Shown: positions 56,969 through 64,000 of the stretch, one piece after another
Layout of the letters: each line of letters starts with the position of its first letter
How positions within the stretch are numbered: position 1 is the stretch's first letter
Assembly (NCBI GenBank): GCA_037189525.1
Contig: JBBCJC010000003.1
Span: 512,001-576,000, forward strand
DNA from: Gemmatimonadales bacterium
Lineage (GTDB): Bacteria; Gemmatimonadota; Gemmatimonadetes; Gemmatimonadales; GWC2-71-9
Reading direction: 5' to 3'
DNA: 64,000 bases
Position numbers and translations under genes: made by a program
The notes under the pieces: generated by a model
The model's database searches: none
What the model was told of the DNA's origin: nothing
Seen by the model: only the letters and a program-made list of their open reading frames with translations

Positions 56969-57412
56969 ATGAAGACTTTTTCGGAGCGAACGCAAGACGT
57001 TCAGCACGGCTGGCATGTCGTTGATGCCAGCGGGGTCCCGCTTGGGCGCCTCGCGAGCACCGTTGCGCAGCTCATTCGAGGGAAGCACAAACCGACCTTC
57101 ACGCCGCACGTCGACGGGGGCGATTTCGTCATCGTCGTCAACGCGGACAAGGTCAAGTTGACCGGGACCAAGCTCGAGAACAAGCGGGCCTTCCGGCACA
57201 CCGGCTACATGGGTCACGAGCGGTTCACGCCGGTCAAGGACCTCCTGGCCAAGCACCCGGATCGCGTGATTCAGAAGGCGGTCTTCGGGATGCTGCCCAA
57301 GAACGCGCTCTCGAAGCAGCGCCTGCGCGGCAAGCTCAAGGTGTATGCCGGCGAGAGCCATCCGCATGCTGCGCAGAGTCCGAAAGCTTACCCGATCAAG
57401 GTGTCCGCATGA
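56969..57412 (+). CDS. rplM: 50S ribosomal protein L13
   Basis: W.VVDA, LGRLAS, GKHKPTFTPHVD.GD.VIVVNA, GMLPKN, H.H.AQ.P. Confidence 0.98.
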   Translation: MKTFSERTQDVQHGWHVVDASGVPLGRLASTVAQLIRGKHKPTFTPHVDGGDFVIVVNADKVKLTGTKLENKRAFRHTGYMGHERFTPVKDLLAKHPDRVIQKAVFGMLPKNALSKQRLRGKLKVYAGESHPHAAQSPKAYPIKVSA

Positions 57413-57813
57413 CCGCGAGTCCCGAATTGCTGCGTTGGCATGGCGTTGGCCGCCGCAAGACCAGTGTTGCCCGCGTCTACCTCACGCCCGGAACCGGGAA
57501 GTGGGAAGTCAACGGCCGGACGCTGGGCGATTACTTCCCGCGTCCCTCGCTGGTCCAGCACATCCAGCAGCCGTTTTCGGCGACCGACACGCTGGGTGCC
57601 TTCGACGTGCGGGCGCATTGTGATGGCGGCGGGGTGACCGGTCAGGCCGGCGCGCTCCGGTTGGGCATTGCCCGGGCGTTGCTCGAGGTCGATGGTATGC
57701 ATCGCACCAAGCTGCGCGCCGGCGGATTGCTGACCCGCGACCCGCGTGCGGTCGAGCGGAAGAAGCCGGGTCGTCCCGGCGCCCGGAAGCGGTTCCAGTT
57801 CAGCAAGCGGTAA
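57409..57813 (+). CDS. rpsI: 30S ribosomal protein S9
   Basis: GRRKTSVARV, GGGVTGQAGA, LTRDPR.VERKKPG...ARK.FQFSKR. Confidence 0.98.
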   Translation: MTASPELLRWHGVGRRKTSVARVYLTPGTGKWEVNGRTLGDYFPRPSLVQHIQQPFSATDTLGAFDVRAHCDGGGVTGQAGALRLGIARALLEVDGMHRTKLRAGGLLTRDPRAVERKKPGRPGARKRFQFSKR

Positions 57814-57871
57814 TCACAGCGGATTGGCGGGCGGCTCCGGAGTTTTCTCCTGGCCGCCGCCGATCCGAACG

Positions 57872-57947
57872 ACACACATCGCCGGATCGATTGCGGGGTG
57901 CCCTGCGGGGTTCGTGATCGAGACGATGGCGGTGGCGGATCAAACCC
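57872..57947 (+). ncRNA. rpsB (S2) ribosomal protein leader
   Basis: ACACAC...GGGGTGCCC..CGGGGTT...ATGG...GTGG.GG...AAACCC. The motif order is the same as in the known rpsB leader, and GGGTT/AACCC pairing is possible. Confidence 0.85.
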
Positions 57948-57974
57948 GAATACTTGGAAGGATTTGTTCTTCGA

Positions 57975-58871
57975 ATGGCGCTGCCTGAACTGCAGGAACT
58001 GCTCGACGCAGGTGTTCATTTCGGTCACCAGACCCGCCGGTGGAATCCGAAGATGCGGCGATTCATCTTCGCTGAACGCTCCGGGATCTACCTGATCGAC
58101 CTCCAGAAGACCCGCACCCAGATTGCCAAGGCGCAGGAGCTGATCAAGTCGGTGGTGACGCGGGGCGAGAACGTCCTCTTCGTCTGCACTAAGAAGCAGC
58201 TCAAGGCGCTGGTCCAGGTCGATGCCGCCGAGTGCAATGCGCTCTGGGTCACCGAGCGGTGGCTGGGCGGGACGCTCACCAATTTCCAGACCATCAAGCG
58301 TCAGATTCGGCGCCTGCGGGAGCTGGAGCAGGGTGCGACCGACGGCGATTTCGACAACTACACCAAGAAAGAAAAGCTGCTGTTCGAGCGTGAGCGGGTC
58401 AAACTGTCCCGGTACCTCGAAGGCGTGAAGCAGATGAGCCGTCTCCCCGGCGCGATCTTCGTGGTCGATGCCAAGAAGGAGCGGATCGCGATTCAGGAAG
58501 CCAACAAGCTGGGCATTCCGGTGGTCGCGATCGTCGATACCAATGCCGATCCGGACGTCGTGACGGTGCCGATTCCGGGCAACGACGACGCGATCCGGTC
58601 GGTGGGCCTGATCACGCGGGCGTTGGCCGAGACGGTCAAGGAAGGCCGGATGGCGGCGCCGACGCGTGATAGCGCGGACGATGCCGAATCCGAGACCTAC
58701 AGCACCGATGCCGGCAGCGAGGGCGAGGGCGATGGAGATCGTCGCCGGCGCCGGGCGGGTGCTCCGGCTGGCGGCGGCGGGGCCGGTGGCGCCCGTAAGC
58801 GGCGGCCGAAGCCCGAAGCCATCGCGGCGCGGCTCAAGACGGATGGCGATGCACCGGCGGGAGACGCCTGA
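57975..58871 (+). CDS. rpsB: 30S ribosomal protein S2 with C-terminal extension
   Basis: LLDAGVHFGHQTRRWNPKM, RWLGGTLTN, VDTNADP, PGNDDAIRS. Confidence 0.98.
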   Translation: MALPELQELLDAGVHFGHQTRRWNPKMRRFIFAERSGIYLIDLQKTRTQIAKAQELIKSVVTRGENVLFVCTKKQLKALVQVDAAECNALWVTERWLGGTLTNFQTIKRQIRRLRELEQGATDGDFDNYTKKEKLLFERERVKLSRYLEGVKQMSRLPGAIFVVDAKKERIAIQEANKLGIPVVAIVDTNADPDVVTVPIPGNDDAIRSVGLITRALAETVKEGRMAAPTRDSADDAESETYSTDAGSEGEGDGDRRRRRAGAPAGGGGAGGARKRRPKPEAIAARLKTDGDAPAGDA

Positions 58872-59019
58872 CCGGCTCGCCGACCAAGCGCCTCTGATCC
58901 AGTTGCCGCCGCGCAATGGCCCCCGAGGGTCGTTCGCGGCGGCGTCGTATCGGACTGCAGCATCGGCGCCGTTTCCAAGTGTGGATCAATTCTTTACTCC
59001 GTAAACCTGGTTGATAGAC

Positions 59020-59886
59020 ATGAGTTACAAGCCAACACCGAAAGAGATCAGCGAGCTCAGGGCCCGAACCGGCGCCGGTATCGGCGACTGCAAGGCGGCG
59101 CTCGAAGAAACCGGCGGCGACATGGAGAAGGCTGCGGAGTCGCTGCGCAAGCGCGGCATTGCCAAGGCCGAGAAGCGGGCCGGGCGGAGCGCGGGCCAGG
59201 GGCTGGTGGTCATTCACTTAGCCCAGGACGGGCGGTCGGGCGGCATCATCGAGCTCAACTGCGAAACCGACTTCGTTGCCAAGACCGACGACTTCCAGTC
59301 GCTCGCGAACGATCTGGCGGTGCATGTCGCGGCCCACGCGCCGGAGGGCATCAAGGCCGGATCGATCGACGAGCAGTCGTTCCGCGGGAAGACGCTGGCC
59401 GAGGCGATCAAGGAAGTCTCGGGCAAGACCGGTGAGGCGATGACCCTCAACCGCTATGCCCGGTTCGTCCAGCCCGAGGGCGTGGTGGCGTCGTACCTCC
59501 ATCACAACGGCCAGGTCGGTGTGCTGGTCGACGTGGCCGGACCCGCGGGCGACGTGCTGCTGGCGCTGGCCAAGGACGTGGCGCTCCACATCGCGTCCGC
59601 CGATCCGGTCGGCGTGACTGAGGCGGACATCCCGGCCGATCTGGTCGATCGGGAGCGCCGGATTGCCGAGGAGCAGGTGGCGGCCGAGGGTAAGCCGGAG
59701 AACATCCGGGCCAAGATCGTCGACGGCAAGGTGCGCAAGTTCGTAGCCGAGCGGACGCTGGTGGGTCAGCCGTTCGTGAAGGACGAGAACCAGTCGGTGG
59801 GCGATCTGATCGCCGCAGCCTCGAAGGCCGCCGGGGCGACCGTCACGGTGCGCCGTTTTGCCCGCTTCAAGGTGGGTGAGGCCTAA
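59020..59886 (+). CDS. tsf: Elongation factor Ts
   Basis: [36 protein letters not shown]. Confidence 0.98.
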   Translation: MSYKPTPKEISELRARTGAGIGDCKAALEETGGDMEKAAESLRKRGIAKAEKRAGRSAGQGLVVIHLAQDGRSGGIIELNCETDFVAKTDDFQSLANDLAVHVAAHAPEGIKAGSIDEQSFRGKTLAEAIKEVSGKTGEAMTLNRYARFVQPEGVVASYLHHNGQVGVLVDVAGPAGDVLLALAKDVALHIASADPVGVTEADIPADLVDRERRIAEEQVAAEGKPENIRAKIVDGKVRKFVAERTLVGQPFVKDENQSVGDLIAAASKAAGATVTVRRFARFKVGEA

Positions 59887-60596
59887 TGGGCTTGGCGTAT
59901 CGCCGAGCCCTGCTCAAGCTCTCCGGCGAGGCGCTCGCCGGGGAGCGGTCCTCCGGTCTGGACTACGGTATCGTCGAAGGCCTGGCCGGGCAGCTCAAAG
60001 GCGTGCACGCGCAAGGGCTCCATCTGGGCCTGGTGGTCGGCGGTGGCAATATCGTGCGCGGCACGCACGCCAGTAAGGAAGGGCTCGACCGCGTCAACGC
60101 CGACTACATGGGCATGCTGGCGACGGTCATCAATGCGCTGGCTCTGCAGGACATCCTCGAGAAAATGGAAGTGCAGACCCGGGTGATGACGGCGATTCGG
60201 ATGGAGTCGCTGGCGGAGCCGTACATTCGCCGTCGCGCGGTTCGCCATCTCGAAAAAGGCCGGATGGTGATCTTTGCCGGCGGGACCGGGAATCCGTTCT
60301 TCTCGACCGACACGGCCGCGGTACTCAGGGCGCTGGAAATCGGCGCCGAGGTGATCCTCAAAGCCACCAGCGTCGACGGGATCTACACCGGAGACCCCAA
60401 GAAGGAGCCCGACGCGAAGTTCATTCCGGAGTTATCCTTCCAGGAGGCGATCGTGAAAGGGTATGCCGTGATGGATGCCAATGCGTTCGCGCTCTGCAAG
60501 GACAACAAGCTGCCGATCGTGGTCTTCAACATGAACAAACCCGGCGCCATTGCCAGAGTGCTGTCCGGGGAACGAGTGGGGACGATCGTACGATGA
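59886..60596 (+). CDS. pyrH: Uridylate kinase
   Basis: [34 protein letters not shown]. Confidence 0.98.
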   Translation: MGLAYRRALLKLSGEALAGERSSGLDYGIVEGLAGQLKGVHAQGLHLGLVVGGGNIVRGTHASKEGLDRVNADYMGMLATVINALALQDILEKMEVQTRVMTAIRMESLAEPYIRRRAVRHLEKGRMVIFAGGTGNPFFSTDTAAVLRALEIGAEVILKATSVDGIYTGDPKKEPDAKFIPELSFQEAIVKGYAVMDANAFALCKDNKLPIVVFNMNKPGAIARVLSGERVGTIVR

Positions 60597-61147
60597 GCCA
60601 GATTCCCGAGATCCAGAAGCACGCCCGGGAGGGCATGCACAAAGCCGTCGAGAATACCAAGCGGGAGTTCAGTTCGATCCGCACCGGCAGGGCCAGCACG
60701 CATCTGCTCGATGTGCTGCGGGTCGAGGCCTATGGCACCCATCTGCCGATCAATCAGGTCGGGATGGTCTCGGCGCCCGAGCCGCGGCTGCTGACGATCC
60801 AGGCCCACGATAAGTCATTGATCATGCCGATCGAGAAGGCGATTCGTGAGTCCGATCTCGGTCTCAATCCGTCGACCCAGGGCAACCTGATCCGGATTCC
60901 GATTCCGCCGCTCTCGCAGGAACGGCGCAAAGACCTGATCAAGGTGATCCACAAGCTGGCCGAGGAAGGGCGGATCGCGATCCGCCACGCGCGCACCGAC
61001 GCGTTGCAGAAGGTCAAGAAGGTCGAACACGTCTCCGAAGACGACAAGACCCGCGCCGAAAAGGACATTCAGAAGCTGACCGACGAGCACGTCAAGCAAG
61101 TCGACCAGCTGGTGCAGGGCAAAGAAGTGGAGATCATGGAGGTTTGA
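60593..61147 (+). CDS. frr: Ribosome recycling factor
   Basis: IRTGRA, V.AYG, IEKAI...LGLNP, P.LS.ERRK, SED. Confidence 0.98.
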   Translation: MSQIPEIQKHAREGMHKAVENTKREFSSIRTGRASTHLLDVLRVEAYGTHLPINQVGMVSAPEPRLLTIQAHDKSLIMPIEKAIRESDLGLNPSTQGNLIRIPIPPLSQERRKDLIKVIHKLAEEGRIAIRHARTDALQKVKKVEHVSEDDKTRAEKDIQKLTDEHVKQVDQLVQGKEVEIMEV

Positions 61148-61893
61148 CCTCCGATCCGGCGCAGGTGCTGGCGCGCGTGCAGCGTGATGGCCGGGTGCCC
61201 GGTCATGTCGCGGTGATCATGGACGGAAACGGCCGCTGGGCTGCGCAGCGGGATCTGCCGCGGACCGCCGGTCATCAGGCCGGCATGGCGACGGTCCGCC
61301 GGATCGTCGAAGCGAGTATCGCCGCGGGGGTGCGCACCCTGACTGTGTTTGCGTTCAGCCAGGAAAACTGGCAGCGCCCGCCCGAAGAGATCGATGCGCT
61401 GATGGCGCTGTTGCAGGAGTATGTCGCGACCCAGTCGGCCGAGTTGTCGGCCCAGGGCGTTCGGGTCCGCATGCTGGGCGATCTGACCCGCCTCTCGCCG
61501 GCTGCGCGCCGAGCGGTGGAGTTCGTCGAAGGCGCCACCGCTTCGGGCACCACGCTGGCGCTCAACATCTGCATTTCCTACAGCGCGCGGGCGGAACTCG
61601 TGACGGTTGCCAGGCAACTGGCGACGGACGCGGCGGCGGGTCGGATCGACCCCGCCGCGATCGACGAGGCCGATATCGCGGAGCGGCTCTACACCGCGCC
61701 CTGGGGCGATCCGGATCTGCTGATCCGCACCTCGGGTGAGTTCCGGATTTCGAATTTCCTGCTCTGGCAACTCGCGTACGCCGAGCTCTATGTGACCCCG
61801 GTGCTGTGGCCCGATTTCGGCCCGTCCGATTTCTACGAGGCGTTACTCGACTACCAGCGTCGAGAGCGGCGTTTCGGGCGGGTCTCAGCCTGA
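61144..61893 (+). CDS. uppS: Undecaprenyl diphosphate synthase
   Basis: HVAVIMDGNGRWA, FS.ENW.RP, PDLLIRTSGE.RISNFLLWQ, RERRFG. TTG start overlaps the frr stop. Confidence 0.97.
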   Translation: MTSDPAQVLARVQRDGRVPGHVAVIMDGNGRWAAQRDLPRTAGHQAGMATVRRIVEASIAAGVRTLTVFAFSQENWQRPPEEIDALMALLQEYVATQSAELSAQGVRVRMLGDLTRLSPAARRAVEFVEGATASGTTLALNICISYSARAELVTVARQLATDAAAGRIDPAAIDEADIAERLYTAPWGDPDLLIRTSGEFRISNFLLWQLAYAELYVTPVLWPDFGPSDFYEALLDYQRRERRFGRVSA

Positions 61894-61905
61894 GGACGGT
61901 TGGCC

Positions 61906-62787
61906 ATGTCGAATAACCTGCAGCGCATCCTCTTTGCCGTCATTGCCATTCCGATTGCCCTCGGGGTCGTCTACTGGGGCGACTGGCCGCTGGCGGTGCT
62001 CGTCGCGCTGATCGCCGCGCTTGGCGCGAAGGAGATGGTTTCGCTGGCGCGGCACCAGGGCCTCGCGCCGCTCGACAAACATGCCATCGCCTTTTCCACC
62101 GTCATTCCGATCGGGGTTTGGCTGACCTACGGCGGCCAGCCGATTGCCTGGGGTAATTTCGCGCTGACGTCGCTGATGCCCTCGGTCTGGTTTACCCTGG
62201 CCGGTACGGTCATCTGGATTCTGACCGCGACCCTGATCCGTCGCAATCCCGATGAGCGCCCGCTCGGCGTGGCAAGCGTCACCTTACTGGTGCCCCTCTA
62301 CTGCGCCGTCCTGCCCAGCTTTCTTCTGGGGATCCGGTATGCCACAGGGCTCGGCCGGAGTTGGGAAGCGACCGCGGCAGTCTTCTTTCCGCTGGCGGTG
62401 ACCTGGATCTGTGACACCGCCGCGATGTACGCGGGCAAGGCCATCGGCGGAGCGAAGCTTGCACCGGTTGTGAGCCCCGGTAAGACACGGGCTGGGTCGG
62501 TCGCCGGGCTGATTGCGGGCCTGGTCACCGCGGTCCTGTTCAATCGGCTGGTGATGACGCCGTTAGGGTTCACCATCAGCGATCTCGAAGCCGTGGCGTT
62601 CGGCGTGGTGCTGTCGGTTGCTGCGCAAATCGGTGACCTGGCCGAGTCGCTCTTCAAGCGGGAGGCGGGGGTCAAGGACTCGAGCGGGCTGATTCCGGGC
62701 CATGGCGGAGTTCTCGATCGCTTCGACGCACTGTACTTCGTGGTGCCGATCGCGGCGATGCTCTACAGCATCTTCGGCGTGATCTGA
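61906..62787 (+). CDS. cdsA: Phosphatidate cytidylyltransferase
   Basis: Multiple TM helices, DT.A...G, SPGKT, GDL.ES..KR..G.KDS..IPGHGG.LDRFD. Confidence 0.96.
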   Translation: MSNNLQRILFAVIAIPIALGVVYWGDWPLAVLVALIAALGAKEMVSLARHQGLAPLDKHAIAFSTVIPIGVWLTYGGQPIAWGNFALTSLMPSVWFTLAGTVIWILTATLIRRNPDERPLGVASVTLLVPLYCAVLPSFLLGIRYATGLGRSWEATAAVFFPLAVTWICDTAAMYAGKAIGGAKLAPVVSPGKTRAGSVAGLIAGLVTAVLFNRLVMTPLGFTISDLEAVAFGVVLSVAAQIGDLAESLFKREAGVKDSSGLIPGHGGVLDRFDALYFVVPIAAMLYSIFGVI

Positions 62788-62795
62788 TTCCAGCC

Positions 62796-63929
62796 ATGCG
62801 CGGTGTTGCCGTCTTGGGATCGACCGGGTCGATCGGTTGTTCCACGCTCGATGTGCTGCGCCGGCACCGCGACCGTTTCCGCTTGGTGGCGCTCACCGCC
62901 GGTACCAATGCCGCAGCGCTTGATGCGCAGGTGGCGGAGTGGCAACCGGTGTTTGCCGGCCTGGTCAACGGCACGGTCGGCGGCAGCCGGGCCAACGGGA
63001 CGGCCTGTCTGGTCGAGGCCGCCACCCATCCCGATGTCGATATCGTCGTCAATGCCGTGGTCGGATTTGCCGGACTCGAAGCGACGCTCGCGGCGCTGGA
63101 AGCGGGCAAGCGGGTTGCCCTGGCCAACAAGGAGTCGCTGGTCGCTGCGGCATCGCTGGTCGAACGGGCCCGCCGCAGGGGCGGCGGGGAACTGGTGCCG
63201 GTCGATTCGGAGCATAGCGCGGTGCTCCAGTGCCTCACGACCGACGGCCCGCGTCCGACCCGGCTGATTCTCACGGCTTCCGGCGGACCGTTTCGCGACT
63301 GGCCCGCCGATCGGGTGGTGGCCGCCACGGTGTCCGAGGCGCTGCAGCATCCGACCTGGCGGATGGGTAGCAAGATCACGGTCGACAGCGCGACGCTGGC
63401 CAACAAGGCGCTCGAGGTCATCGAGGCGCATGTTTTGTTCGATCTCCCGTACGATGCGATCGACGTCGTGGTGCATCCGCAGAGCGTGGTGCATGCGTTC
63501 GTCGAGTTTGCCGATGGCAGCGTGCTGAGCCAGCTCGGCTATCCGTCGATGGAATTGCCCATCCTCTATGCGCTGACCTATCCGGAGCGGTTGCCGGATG
63601 CGGGCGTTCGCCGGTTCGATCCGGTCACGGCCGGTCCGCTCACCTTCGAGCCGGTTCGTCACGATGTGTTCCGTACCTTTGCGATCGGCGTGGCCGCCGG
63701 CCGCGCAGGCGGTACGGCGCCGGCCGTGTTCAACGCAGCCAACGAAGTGGTGGTTGCGGCGTTCCTGGCCGAGGAGATCGGATTTGGCCGGATTGCTGAA
63801 GTGGTCGATCAGGTGCTGGGGTTGCATCGGACCGAACCGGCCGACGACCTCGTCGCGATTCGGCGGGCGGATGCCTGGGCCCGCACGGCCGCGCGGGCTA
63901 CCATCGAGGGCACGCGGGCCGGGGTGTAA
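62796..63929 (+). CDS. dxr: 1-deoxy-D-xylulose-5-phosphate reductoisomerase
   Basis: LGSTGSIG, LANKE, PVDSEH, TASGGPF, HPTW.MG.KITVDSA, NAANE. Confidence 0.98.
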   Translation: MRGVAVLGSTGSIGCSTLDVLRRHRDRFRLVALTAGTNAAALDAQVAEWQPVFAGLVNGTVGGSRANGTACLVEAATHPDVDIVVNAVVGFAGLEATLAALEAGKRVALANKESLVAAASLVERARRRGGGELVPVDSEHSAVLQCLTTDGPRPTRLILTASGGPFRDWPADRVVAATVSEALQHPTWRMGSKITVDSATLANKALEVIEAHVLFDLPYDAIDVVVHPQSVVHAFVEFADGSVLSQLGYPSMELPILYALTYPERLPDAGVRRFDPVTAGPLTFEPVRHDVFRTFAIGVAAGRAGGTAPAVFNAANEVVVAAFLAEEIGFGRIAEVVDQVLGLHRTEPADDLVAIRRADAWARTAARATIEGTRAGV

Positions 63930-64000
63930 CGCCGTCTGTTACTCGATGGGGGTGGGGGGTGGGCTTGCGCAAATCCTAACGACTTCCCAGATTAGAAACA

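Overview
GC-rich, gene-dense core-genome window. Gene order, the family of the Ser/Thr kinase and the protein tails suggest Gemmatimonadota, but this is inference only. Most of the window is long + strand runs of overlapping or abutting housekeeping genes: obgE-dprA-hemW-hrcA-dnaJ-prmA-rsmE-HIT-mutS2-dnaG-Zn ribbon-recJ-rsmD-coaD-Pta-like-STAS/anti-sigma/GAF-PP2C-rsmA; rex-arcA-DEDD exonuclease-MBL hydrolase-Ser/Thr kinase; infC-rpmI-rplT-pheST-zapB-like-zapA-rny-folD-xseAB-ispA-dxs-nadK-recN; and aroA-cmk-rpsA-acyl-CoA carboxylase genes/rlmD-like-rplM-rpsI-rpsB-tsf-pyrH-frr-uppS-cdsA-dxr. A mixed-orientation accessory patch at about 39.2-47.7 kb holds an orphan outer-membrane-like protein, tRNA-Leu(UAA), a 72-aa very basic 20-mer-repeat protein with its own promoter, structured leader and terminator, an HmuY-like lipoprotein with a TonB-dependent receptor, LOG plus PPK2, and a pilin/pilin-like pair. 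I saw no CRISPR array, integrase, transposase or rRNA. The best leads are: (1) a catalytically degenerate phosphotransacetylase homolog placed between coaD and a complete partner-switching module; (2) the basic repeat mini-protein unit; (3) an HmuY/HmuR-like pair apparently lacking the usual His ligands, behind a switch-like intergenic fold; (4) an L20-leader-like attenuator and a CUG start for infC; (5) a Rex box over a promoter hidden in the end of rsmA; (6) a structured region at the 5' end of mutS2. All calls come from reading the sequence and motifs by eye; no database searches or folding programs were run.
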